A DNA stretch of 63,631 bases, filler included, from Octopus bimaculoides (lineage: Eukaryota), in assembly GCF_001194135.2 (NCBI RefSeq). It is 7 parts of 7 records of this genome, joined end to end, with 100 filler letters (N's around TTAATTAATTAA, not from the genome) between each part and the next. Parts side by side here need not be neighbours in the genome. Positions count along the whole stretch, not along the records: positions 48,295 to 56,874 come from NW_026379592.1; positions 56,975 to 62,512 come from NC_068998.1; positions 62,613 to 63,631 come from NW_026341209.1; 4 more parts are not named here. One strand, written 5' to 3'. The translations under genes and the position numbers were made by a program. Below, piece by piece: positions 52,450 to 63,631 of the stretch. The notes under the pieces are model-generated. The model had not been told where the DNA came from. It saw nothing but the letters and a program-made list of their open reading frames with translations, and did no database searches. How positions within the stretch are numbered: the stretch's first letter is position 1; the number at the start of each line of letters is the position of its first letter.

Positions 52450-53268
52450 TTATACCTTTATTGCCCACAAGGAGCTAAACCTAGAGGGAACAAACAAGGA
52501 CCGACGAAGGGATTAAGTCGATTACAGGATCTTTTTTAAAACGGGGGCCACATTTTTCATTAACGAAACACTTTGAAACTTGGATCACTGGTAGAATGTG
52601 TCATATAAAACATCTTTTTCTCTTGGTTTTCTTAAAAAAAAAAGAAATCCATAAATTATTCCATGTTAAAGTTGTCGTATTTCTGTAATTTCAACCAATC
52701 ACTGACGTCCATTCAGCCGATATACATTAAGTGCCGACTACATAAACAAACGATTCTGAAACAATTAACCCTAACCCTAACCCTAACTCTAACCCTAACT
52801 CTAACCCTAGGGTTAGAGTTAGGGTTAGGGTTAGGGTTAAAGCAAATTTAAAATGAAAAAAGTAAATAAAACGAAGAATCGTTTGTTTATGTAGTCGGCA
52901 CTTAATGTATATCGGCTGAATGGACGTCAGTGATTGGTGGAAATTATCGAAATAAGACAATTTTTTACATGAAATAAATTCAAATACAAAAATATTTTTC
53001 TGTTCTATAACACAAAATAGATAAGTATACGAAGTTTGAAAGTCTTTCGGTACCAAAAGCACTACGTAAAACATTAATGAAAAATGTGGCCCCCGTTTTA
53101 AAAAAGATCCCGATTACATCGACCCCAGTGCGTAACTGGTACTTAATTTATCGACCCCGAAAGGATGAAAGGCAAAGTCGACCTCAGCGGAATTTAAATT
53201 CAGAACGTAATGGCAGACGAAATACTGCTAAGCATTTCGCCCGGCGTGCTAACGTTTCTGCCAGCTCA
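52450..53268 (-). mobile_element. SINE family B copy interrupted by the MITE at 52527-53110
   Basis: Removing the insert and one TSD copy restores GGGATTAAGTCGATTACATCGACCCCAGTGCG, which is seen uninterrupted at about 59297-59330. Confidence 0.88.
52527..53110. mobile_element. 584-bp non-autonomous foldback DNA transposon (Merlin-like ends) with a telomere-repeat palindromic core
   Basis: Perfect 37-bp TIRs (52527-52563 and 53074-53110) starting GG; 8-bp TSD CGATTACA (52519-52526 and 53111-53118); perfect 64-bp inner inverted repeat (52694-52757 and 52875-52938); (TAACCC/TAACTC)7-TA-(GGGTTA/GAGTTA)5 at 52766-52839. The superfamily assignment is inference. Confidence 0.9.
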
Positions 53269-53414
53269 CATTTGTGAATGGTTATGATATACAATTAATT
53301 TGTATGAAGTACAAAGTGTATTAAGTGCAATTAATTTTCATTGGTAGGAACATTAATATTGACAGTCGTAACAATAGTAGTATTAATAGTTATAGCAGGA
53401 TATATTTATATATA

Positions 53415-53770
53415 TTACATATGGTTCCAGGTTCAGTCCCGCTGCATGGCACCTTGGGCAAGTAACTTCTATTATAGCCTCGGGTGGACCAAAACATTGT
53501 GAGTGGATTTGGAGGACGGATACTGAAAGTAGCCCATCGTATATATTTATATGTGTGTGTGTGTGTGTGTGTGTTTCTATGTGTTTGTGCCTGTGTTGAC
53601 AACCGGTGTTGGTGTGTTTACGCCCCTGTAACTTAGCGGTTCGACAATAGTGAACGTTAGCACAAGTACCAGGCTTACAAAAATGTACTGCGATCCATTC
53701 ATTTAACTAAAAAAATTTCAAGGCGGTGCCCCAGCCTGGCCCTTGTTTAATGATTGAAACATGTAAAAGA
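53415..53770 (+). mobile_element. SINE family A, diverged, near full length
   Basis: CATATGGTTCCAGGTTCAGTCCC...GGCACCTTGGGCAAGT...TAACTTAGCGGTTCGAC...GGCGGTGCCCCAGC. Confidence 0.85.
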
Positions 53771-53842
53771 TATAAACGATTAAAAAATAATGCGTGTGTG
53801 TTTGTATGTGTGGGTGCGTATATACATAAGACCTTAATATAC

Positions 53843-53893
<51 letters not shown>

Positions 53894-53896
53894 AGG

Positions 53897-54478
53897 CTTT
53901 GTACGTTACGGAGAGAAGGCTACTATGGAAGACTCATAGTATAATAAAAACTATATAATAAAATGTATTCTCCGATTTGAAGCGACAATTTTCAAATATA
54001 AACAAATGACTGAAAAATTATGAGGTAACCCTAACCAGAATCAAACCCACAAATCTACGCTAACACGGCTCCTTGTGCATCCAATTGGGCCAGACATCAA
54101 TTTCAACCAAATTTAATGAATATATACTTAAGCTGTCTAATATTACATATAATATTTATAAACAAACCACAAAGTCTTTGTAAGTTACGGAGAGAAAGCT
54201 GCTATGGAAGACGCATAGTATAATAACTCTTCGTAAGTAACAATGCCTTTCTGGTCTGTTTACAATAATATATGTAGTATTAGACAGTTTAAGTATATAG
54301 TCATTAAATATAGCTGAAACTGATGGGTGAGCGTTTGGCCCAATCGGATAGGCAAGGAACCGTGTTAGCGTTGGTGAGGAGGTTCGATTCTAGCTAGGGT
54401 TACCTCATCATTTTCGGTCATTTCCTTTTATTTAAATATTGCCCCTTCAAATCAGAGAATTTATATTATTATACAGTT
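53897..54478. repeat. Composite repeat: 51-bp direct repeats alternating with about 220-bp inverted tRNA-like arms
   Basis: DR1 53897-53947 and DR2 54176-54226 (4 mismatches). Arm L (about 53949-54169) is an imperfect reverse complement of arm R (about 54252-54478). Confidence 0.8.
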
Positions 54479-54566
54479 ATATATATATATATATATATGT
54501 AAATATATAAAAATAAAAAAGATATAGAGAGCAATGGTAAGGTTGGAGAAGTATTTTATGAATAGA

Positions 54567-54615
54567 GTCTTACAGCTGTTTCTGGGAAGATCCAGTACTT
54601 CCCTTCATCGGAGAC
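54567..54615 (-). ncRNA. Minimal type-I hammerhead-ribozyme-like motif (variant core)
   Basis: Minus strand: GTCT-CCGATGA-A GGGAAG TACTGGAT CTTCCC A-GAAA-CAGCTG-TA-AGAC; 4-bp stem I, 6-bp stem II, palindromic stem III, GUA triplet, U4C variant. Confidence 0.55.
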
Positions 54616-56027
54616 AGAAAAAATAAAGTAATCTATTATTATATCCATAGGCGGATATTTTTAGTATGAAGTGGTGAAGAGTGTGATGCGCTGAAAAAAG
54701 AGAGAACAGTACTTGAAGTGTAGTTTCATTACAGTAGTAAATATCCGTGTAGAAATCCGTGTAAAGTAATCCATATGGGGATAATCCGGAAATAGATGTT
54801 GGAACGAAGGCTGATATAGCATAGATAGCAGAGGTGAATATATGCCAGATACTGTGATGGATTTTAGCTTGTTTACTTGAAGAATGGCCAAGTCANNNNN
54901 NNNNNNNNNNNNNNNNNNNNNNNNNNNNNNNNNNNNNNNNNNNNNNNNNNNNNNNNNNNNNNNNNNNNNNNNNNNNNNNNNNNNNNNNGGATGAGCGGTA
55001 ATTAGGTCAAGTCATGAAGACAGAATGTGAAAGGGGATGGAGGAGAGATAGAGGTGAAGGATGGTAGCGGTATATTTTAATGGACAGTTGATCTTACAGG
55101 ATAGAGGGGATGAGAATATAGAGAGAAGGAGGGATGGGGAGATGAGGTTAAATGGTCTAGTGAGTAGGAAGGAATGCGCATATGTAGTATATAGGTGGTG
55201 GGGGTATGAGTGATAAACCAAGGACAGAGATAAAGGGAAGGGATGGGTGGGAAAAGTAGTTAATAGTATTATATTCAAGAATGCAGCCAAACCTATTTAT
55301 AGATGGTGGAAAGGGATTGAGAGAAACGACGTAGTCTGTATGCGTGGGTGGTGTTGTTGTGAAATAGAGAATAAAAGAAATAGATTTGGGGGTATATATA
55401 TGTGGTGATATGATCGAAAGAAAATAATCCTTTTCAAAAGACAGTAAAAGATGGATGTTTTTGCCAGGTCGAATATCTTGCCTGTTGGGGGTCGTGTAAT
55501 TATGTTGCGTGATCGTTTGTGCAATTTTGCTTGTGATAGAACTTAAATGTGTGGAAAGAGCGGTGATTGCAGTTATATTTGTTTATGCCAAATCAATATT
55601 CCAACAAAACTCCCTGACCACTTTGAAACATCTAATTTGTATCAAAATACAAAACCTCTCCTGAAGTCACTCCACAAAACCTACTGCACGGTTTTATATT
55701 TGGAGCATAGGTTAAAAGGCCTATGATATTTTCCACATTATTGCTATAGAACGAACTATAGAACGATCTTCAAAGTTAAAGATTTGATTTATCGTATAAT
55801 GTTTCGTGTATGGACTGAAATATTCTAGTTAGGATGTGAATCGAAAATACATTTGTGTCTGTAAATGTTAATTTTAGCCTTTAATGTTAAGGTTGAAGAT
55901 GAATTTCTGGATAGATTCTCCCGTATTCATCGTGAGATTCTGTGAGTCATTATTTGCGAATGACAAGCTTGTGTCGTACTATGATTTCACTAACGGCTTT
56001 ACTCTCATTCGATGCAACAGCTACGTA

Positions 56028-56215
56028 CAGGAAGAGGCCTCGTGGCAGACCCTGCACCAAATGAATGGACGTGATTAGGGAATATATCCAGAGGTTGAAC
56101 GTCACTCTGGAGGATGCAAAGGTGCTGGCACTGGATCGCCAACGATGGAGAGCACTGGTGAACCTGGGAGGCTCTATGCATGATGACGCCTCAGCGTCCA
56201 TTAACTTGGATTGAA
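56028..56215 (+). mobile_element. RTE LINE C-terminal fragment
   Basis: RKRPRGRPCTK*MDVIREYIQRLNVTLEDAKVLALDRQRWRALV corresponds to the RTE RPRGRP...W.D...A.DR..WR.LV motif. Confidence 0.75.
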
Positions 56216-56874
56216 TGACCCCAATCTCACCAATCAAGCGTATGAAACCAAACCAAACGAAGATATTGGACGTAAAGTTTCTTTACAGGAGTATCAGATA
56301 ATACTCACTAGTTCCTTCTAATGTAGCTAAACACCCTGCGAAGAAAAACAGATTAAAATTTAAAAGTACATAAGACCTGAGAAGTTGTTGGTCCCAAATC
56401 GATTTGTTTTGTCCATAGACCAAGTTCCAGCCCGAATGTTGCCAATTAAAGTAACATAAATTGAAGTGAGAATAACACAACATAAAAGTCAATCTACATC
56501 AGGTAGTAACTAATTATAAAAGTGTCACACTTACAAAACAGCACAGTTAGTAGTATTTGCAAAAGTAATAGTGGTTAGTAATTGAGGAATCTCGCGAGAA
56601 TTCAACATATAATACCATTGTAATTGTAATATAGTACTTAATTACATAAATCAATTACATGTACAACACACACCGAACCAAATACACACACAATTATACA
56701 CACACATACATATGTATATATAGATGTACATACATAATACATATATACATATATATATATTTACATATATACATATATACATAATACATATATACATATA
56801 TACATATATATATTTACATAATACATATATACATATATACATATATATATATTTACATATATACATATACATAT

Positions 56875-56974
56875 NNNNNNNNNNNNNNNNNNNNNNNNNN
56901 NNNNNNNNNNNNNNNNNNTTAATTAATTAANNNNNNNNNNNNNNNNNNNNNNNNNNNNNNNNNNNNNNNNNNNN
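56875..56974. other. Artificial 100-bp assembly spacer
   Basis: 44 N + TTAATTAATTAA (56919-56930) + 44 N. Confidence 0.95.
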
Positions 56975-58079
56975 TATATATATATATATATGTATGTATG
57001 TTATGTATGTTTATATATATATACATTATGTATATATGTATATACATGTTTGAATATATATTTATGTAATCAGTACAACTCTCTGAAATTATATCTTGAT
57101 TTACTGTTCGTTATATATAAAAGTACAAATGTTTTAAACATATCAGCTATGTCATTTATAGCTGTACAATTTTATAATATGTAAATAGAAATGTGTTTGC
57201 CAACGAAATAATTGGAATGAGTTTGATTATTACCTTCTGTACAGCTTCAATCTGACTGTATTTCACTTGTAAATGCAAATATTTACTAGAGATATGTGAA
57301 GATCCTTCTCTCATTAGCAGTTTACAAAATTTCTCTTTACAGTTATAACACCATTTGTTTGCTTTGCAAAACTGACGCTTTGCTATTGGGTGTCATTGGC
57401 GTTTCCTTAATTTCCAAATAGATTGCTGATGCTGTACTTTGATGAAGGCAATGCTTTACGGCTAACAAAGTGCGACGTAACATGAGTAAATTACCTTCCG
57501 TTTGTCTATTATATGTCTACAGACTCTTCTCACGGGCTTCAAAATCAATAGATTAGCTCTAACAATAGAGATGTCGCTTTTATGTTTACACAGTGAATAA
57601 CTGTGGAATCAATACGTGTGAGGAAATCGACGCCAAAATGGCAACACAATCAGTATAAATGCGAAATATTTGAAAGACATCATTTAGTATCATTGTTATA
57701 AAAGATTTCTACAGAAGCATAAATAGAGGGGAAGAACGGTATTTCCAGAAGCAAAAATCAAAATCAACGTTTACACTTGATTAATTACGTTCCTACTCAA
57801 GAGCGCATTTTCACCGGAAGTCGTTACGAACAAAGTTTTTCAAGGTCAAGTTGTCTTCTGATGAAAAGTTAAACGTGGCAAAGGAGACATTAAAGTGCTG
57901 ACGGTTGACCCATGGATCATTGGTTCAATCCCCGCAGGCGGTCGAGAATTCTCATCTACCTTGTCTTTTCCATTTTCTAACACGAAAGTAGCATGTATAT
58001 TTTATTTGAAGATATCTGCTTTCAAATCACCGATTTTTCTCCTAATACATCTATGATAATTATTATTATTATTATTATT

Positions 58080-58734
58080 CAGTAGTTTTATTTTTATAAC
58101 GTGCTTTCACTTCACTGCCGAGCGCAGCTCTGTGCGCCTTGGGTATGTGCTGTGGTTTGCTGTGGTGCTCTTATGTTTACTGTATTGAAAGTGTTTTGCG
58201 TAGAATGTGTGCAGTACCCAGTAGTGCAATTTTCTGTATGTTATATATATTTGTAAGTCCTGCTATTTTTGTTATGTATTTGTCTGAATATTTTTTTATT
58301 ATACCTAAGGCACCTACTATGATAGGAATTGTTTCTGTTTTTAGATTCCACATTCGAGTTATCTCTATTTCCAGGTCTTTGTATTTTGAAAGTTTTTCCA
58401 TTTCTTTTAGAGAAACGTTGTCATCTGCTGNNNNNNNNNNNNNNNNNNNNNNNNNNNNNNNNNNNNNNNNNNNNNNNNNNNNNNNNNNNNNNNNNNNNNN
58501 NNNNNNNNNNNNNNNNNNNNNNNNNNNNNNNNNNNNNNNNNNCTGATCTATTTGCCTTAATTTCTCTATCTGTGTGTATTGGCATATCCCAGAGTATGGT
58601 TGCTTTCTCGTTATCTGTGACCTTTTCTGGCGTGTGTTTATACCATCTTTTTTCTGTTGTTATTCCATAATGTTGGCATAGCTTCCAGTGTATATAGGTC
58701 CCAGCTCTGTCGTGTCTGTGAATATATTCCTTTT
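58080..58734 (-). mobile_element. 5'-truncated Dong/R4 element inside an (ATT)n tract (internal gap 58431-58542)
   Basis: KEYIHRHDRAGTYIHWKLCQHYGITTEKRWYKHTPEKVTDNEKATILWDMPIHTDREIKANR, then EKLSKYKDLEIEITRMWNLK...LGTAHILRKTLSIQ*; (ATT)n on both sides. Confidence 0.9.
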
Positions 58735-58758
58735 ATTATTATTATAATAATAATAATT

Positions 58759-58801
<43 letters not shown>

Positions 58802-59257
58802 TTATGTTTGATGTTTGCTTTACATTTGTACAAGTTGGCTCCAAGCCTCACCCAGAGACCTCAAGAGACAACAAGTTAGAAGTTCATGCTGGTGTTATGC
58901 CCAGAATATCATATATTTGGTTCTGTACATGATGATGATGATGATTTGGATGTAGAGCCTGTGGAACTTGGATCGAGACATTGGCACACGTTGTGGCAAA
59001 ATGCCCCTAGTTGGCACGGGAGGAATATTACAGATTGGAGCATGACCAGTTTGTAAAGGTTTTACACTAGAAACTATGCCAGAATTGGTATTTGAAACTG
59101 GGAACACATGAAAGAGTCACCGATCATACGATGTTTATCTTGACATGAGATCAATATACCGCGCGGGTAGTCATGATGGGTATACTGGGCTTCGTATATC
59201 TTGCCCCAGTGTCACTTTGATTACATGCACTGCTCTGTCACTCAACAACAACAGTAG

Positions 59258-59466
59258 TCCTTTCTACTGGAAGCACGAGGCCTCAAGTTTGGGGAAGGGA
59301 TTAAGTCGATTACATAGACCCCAGTGCGTAACTAGTATTAATTTTATCGACCTCGAAAAAACTGATAGGCAAAGTAGACCTCGGCGGAATTTGTACTCAG
59401 ATTGTAAAGACCGACTAAATACCGCAATGCATTTTGTCCGGCGTGATAACAATTCTGCCAGCTCAC
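59258..59466 (-). mobile_element. SINE family B copy (provides the empty site for the 52527 MITE)
   Basis: Reverse complement of family B from CCTTTCTACTGGAAGCACGAGG to TTCTGCCAGCTCAC. Confidence 0.85.
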
Positions 59467-60652
59467 TCCCTTATCTACCTTGATATTAATAATATTGATA
59501 ATAATTAAAATAATAAAACAATTATAGTAACAATGGTAAAATGAAAAATAAGAGACAAACTTGTGAAGCAGAATATAATTCTTTTTTCTGAACAATCAAC
59601 TTCATTACGAGTAATTAGGGACGGATACACGATGTGAACAAAGCATCATTTTCAATACTAACATCAACGAAGAAACCAGCAACAACAACGAGATACAAAT
59701 ACAGCAATGATAACAACATCAACAATATCTAAGACAAAGAAAATTAGGAATAACAAAAAATATATATATTTACGAATATAAAGCAAGAAAACCAGAACAA
59801 CATCGATAACAAATGGTAATTCGCAAGTGTCTTTAAAATACATTCTGGCTCTCCATCAGGGATACGGATAAATAAAAAAAATGATTGAAAGCAAACAAAT
59901 GAAGTGATACGGGAAGGAAAACTGGCTTGTAATATTTACAATGGCAGCAGAATATCAAAGGAAGAAAGATGAAAAAAAAAGAGAAAAAGAAAGAGAAAGA
60001 AAGGATGGATGATAAAAAAAAAGGTCAAAAATGGAAAGAAGAAAGCCTTGCCAGTGGACAGAAGCAAAAACAAAAGAAACAAACACGAAGATATAAAGTA
60101 GTAAATGAAGCGTAGCATCTAGGTTGAGATGAATGCAATCGCAATGAAAAATCACTAGAAAACTGGAAACAGCAAAGTTATACCTCTGTTCTGTGACGGT
60201 GTATGTATGCATTCCATATATGTATGCATTCCATATGTGTGCGTGTGTGTGTACGTGTGTGCAAGTGCGTGTGTATATATATATACAAATATGTATAGAA
60301 ANNNNNNNNNNNNNNNNNNNNNNNNNNNNNNNNNNNNNNNNNNNNNNNNNNNNNNNNNNNNNNNNNNNNNNNNNNNNNNNNNNNNNNNNNNNNNNNNNNN
60401 NNNNNNNNNNNNNNNNNNNNNNNNNNNNNNNNNNNNNNNNNNNNNNNNNNNNNNNNNNNNNNNNNNNNNNNNNNNNNNNNNNNNNNNNNNNNNNNNNNNN
60501 NNNNNNNNNNNNNNNNNNNNNNNNNNNNNNNNNNNNNNNNNNNNNNNNNNNNNNNNNNNNNNNNNNNNNNNNNNNNNNNNNNNNNNNNNNNNNNNNNNNN
60601 NNNNNNNNNNNNNNNNNNNNNNNNNNNNNNNNNNNNNNNNNNNNNNNNNNNN

Positions 60653-60683
<31 letters not shown>

Positions 60684-61210
60684 AAAACAATTGCAGGGAG
60701 TAAAAGAACAAGGAGATTGTTACATCTTCAAATGTTTCTTCTGATTTAACAGCTCCCATGCATAAATATGCACACAGACACAGACATACAGGGACACACG
60801 CACGCAGAGACACGGACTCACAGACACAAGCACACGCACTCACACACACACACAGCCACACACATACGCACACAACTCGAAATTTAATATTATTGAAATA
60901 TTACTCAGAGCTTATATGTAGTTCGTCTGCAAAATCAACAGGCGAAGATAAGCAACAAAAATAATAATTTTTGGGATATAATAGATTGCACTAAGTTCTC
61001 TGCGATGTAAACTAAATTGAAGAGTTAAGAGAACCTAGATATTCTTATGATTATCGAGTTGACCAGAAGCACATAAAGTTAGATAACCGCGAAAGGAAGA
61101 TGAAAATTAAAGAAAATATGAACACTGGAAGAGATAAAGGTTCATAAGGAACTGAAAGATAATGACCTTAAAGGTCCAACTCCTCACGTGATCCATCTTT
61201 ATCAATACTC

Positions 61211-61274
<64 letters not shown>

Positions 61275-61589
61275 TTGTTACTTTGTGTGTGCGCGCGTGT
61301 ATGTGTGTATGCATATATGGACAACGAATATGTATTACCTACAGACGATCGACGTCCATTCGTGAATAACAGGGATAGCATTATTGCCGATGCAAAATGT
61401 CAGCAATGTCATCAGGGTTTGCTTCTAGCCACGCTGGTTGAAAGGCCCTGATCAAAGCTGCACAGAAAACTATACCCCGTGAGGAGGCTCACCTGGAGCC
61501 CTTAACAGGAAGGGATCCAGTTTCGTTTTGAAGATACACCAAAGTGAGAAAATAAGTAATGCATGCATGATACCCACAGATATGATAAT

Positions 61590-62250
61590 CAAAGTCCCTA
61601 CTCTTAATGACCTCAAATTGAGGCCTATAATAGCAGGTCCCGCATGCGAAACCCACTGCCTCACTAACGCTTTAGATACACTCTGAAAAGCATTCCTCAA
61701 GCATATGAAAAGCTACATAAGTGACGACGTGGATATGCGCAATCACCTCCCTGAAACAATAAACAAGATCTCCCTACTAGTGTCCTTCGATGTAGTCAAC
61801 CTCTATTCTAATATCCCCCACAACCTGGGAAGAGAGGCAGTTTAATTCTTGCTAGAGAATTACGCCAATGAACTCCCACATCGCATCAAAAAAGAATTCG
61901 TAATAGAAGGGCTAAACTTCATCTTGGAGTATATCGACTTTGTCTTCAAACACAACTTCTATCGACAAAAATCGGGGACTGTGATGGGTACTACAATGAC
62001 TCCCTCCTTTGCTAACCTAGTCATGGGATATCTTGAAATCAGTCTTTATCGAAAGGTACTAGAAAAATACGCTAACCCATTCTCCCTCTACACAGAAAAT
62101 AACTGGAAGAGATACCTGTATGATTGTTTCATTCTTTGGCATGAAAGTATAGAGAGACTTACAGAATTTCAAGCACTTTTAAACGGACTTCACGTAAACA
62201 TTCACTTCATGATGGAATGTAGCCATCAACAACTTCCTTTCCTCGACATA
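61590..62250 (+). mobile_element. Penelope-like element reverse transcriptase relic
   Basis: KVP...LKLRPIIAGPACETH...LVSFDVVNLYSNIPHNLGREAV...YRQKSGTVMGTTMTPSFANLVMGYLE...WKRYLYDCFILW...QLPFLDI are PLE RT motifs, with in-frame stops and the catalytic YxDD mutated to YLYD. Confidence 0.88.
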
Positions 62251-62309
62251 CATAAAATATTCTTCATGATAAAATTATTTTAGCATTTTCTAACCTGTCT
62301 TATATTCCT

Positions 62310-62342
<33 letters not shown>

Positions 62343-62512
62343 ACATACATATATATATTTATTTATGCGCAATATTTAGAGTGCTGGAGTTCTGGAGTGA
62401 GTTTTAATTTTTCCTGTTTGTTCTGTTTGTCATAGATAAGCGCTGTTCCATATTCGTAAGATTGTAGTTTGTGGTTATTTGTATGTCTCACGCCCATATA
62501 TATATATATATA

Positions 62513-62612
62513 NNNNNNNNNNNNNNNNNNNNNNNNNNNNNNNNNNNNNNNNNNNNTTAATTAATTAANNNNNNNNNNNNNNNNNNNNNNNNNNNNNNNN
62601 NNNNNNNNNNNN
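62513..62612. other. Artificial 100-bp assembly spacer
   Basis: 44 N + TTAATTAATTAA (62557-62568) + 44 N. Confidence 0.95.
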
Positions 62613-62945
62613 TTCAGTATTTAAGGAAGCTGACAAATACAAACAAGAAGTCATGCTACCTAACAAATATGAAGAAGAAGAAACAACAAACGCTATAAAA
62701 CAAATGAATTCCAAACTAAAACTAGAACCGCAACGGACCTTGATAAAAACGATGACAAGAAAAGCCCCTTCATGGCTAATACTGGGCTAAACTAAATGCA
62801 AAAGAAATAGACAGAGAAAAATCCCAGCAATGGTTGAGAAGTTCAGGACTCAAAGCAGAGACTGAAGAATTTTTCATTGCATCACAAGACCAAAGTCTCT
62901 CCACCAGAAATTACCAAAAACATGTAATGAAAAGAAAAACAACTG
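62613..62945 (+). mobile_element. Dong/R4 ORF fragment (between RT and zinc knuckle)
   Basis: KPLHG*YWAKLNAKEIDREKSQQWLRSSGLKAETEEFFIASQDQSLSTRNYQKHVMK matches the R4/Dong LHG...W L...LK.ETE....A.QDQ.L.TR motif. Confidence 0.82.
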
Positions 62946-63352
62946 TAGAATAAGTTTTCTACTCAGTATGGATAAAATGAATGTAGTTTATTTTAGTTCA
63001 TGTATATTATTAATATCTTGCGTCGTCACAATTTAATTAGAATACTGAGGTTTTTTGTTTTCTGTGTGTGAAATGTATTATTTTGTACATTTTCAGTTTT
63101 CTTTTTCGGAGCGTGGCGATGTGACAGGCAAAATAAAAGTTTGTCCAAAAATATAACAAAATTTTCTCTTTTTTTTCGCTCCTGANNNNNNNNNNAGAAT
63201 TCCAAACTGCATGAAGTTATCCAAATGCGAGTATTTTTGGTAAAAATCCCTATGTCGTAGCAAAACCCTTATCTTTGAAACCAATTTGTAAAACATGTCT
63301 ATTTCGTAAGCAATCATAATTATGGTACTACTACTACTACTAATACTACTAG

Positions 63353-63384
<32 letters not shown>

Positions 63385-63592
63385 AAGGCAAACTGCTGGC
63401 AGAAACGATAAACACTGGGCAAAATGCTCAGTGGTATTTCGTCTGTCTTTACGTTCTGAGTTCAAATTCCGCCCAGGTCGACTTTCCCTTTCATCCTTTT
63501 GGAGTCGATGGAAAAACCAGTTATGTACTGGGGTCGGATGTAATCGGCTTGCCTTCCTCTAAATTTCAGGCCTTGTGTCTTTAATGGAAAGG
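63385..63592 (+). mobile_element. Full-length SINE family B between (GTT)n and (ATT)n
   Basis: CTGGCAGAAACGATAA...GAGTTCAAATTCCGCC...CCTTGTGTCTTTAATGGAAAGGATTATT. Confidence 0.87.

Positions 63593-63631
<39 letters not shown>

Noticed and set aside
52766-52839. Interstitial telomere as the scar of a chromosome fusion
   Set aside because: Polarity is (CCCTAA)n-(TTAGGG)n, opposite to a fusion, and it lies inside a TIR/TSD-bounded element.

Overview
Eukaryotic, AT-rich and extremely microsatellite-rich draft genome sequence with many N gaps. The SINE, LINE and transposon families look like octopus; the species assignment is inference. Six identical 100-bp spacers (44 N + TTAATTAATTAA + 44 N) cut the window into seven segments whose adjacency the sequence does not support. 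The only host coding sequence I can recognise is one 188-nt internal exon of BIRC6 (Bruce/Apollon; minus strand, 29886-30073), which lies in a strongly CpG-depleted 4.4-kb segment. The rest is decayed mobile DNA: three tRNA-derived SINE families, RTE, Dong/R4 and Penelope-like retroelement fragments, one near full-length Tc1 relic, two rearranged mariner relics and several MITEs. The most unusual structures are: (i) a 584-bp foldback transposon with perfect 37-bp TIRs, an 8-bp TSD, a perfect 64-bp inner inverted repeat and a palindromic (CCCTAA)n/(TTAGGG)n core; (ii) minimal type-I hammerhead-ribozyme-like motifs; (iii) an inverted pair of tRNA-like arms interleaved with 51-bp direct repeats; (iv) stacked Dong/R4 elements occupying (TAA)n tracts. 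Most ORFs in the supplied track are translations of microsatellites. All homology calls are from memory of the protein families; no searches were run.
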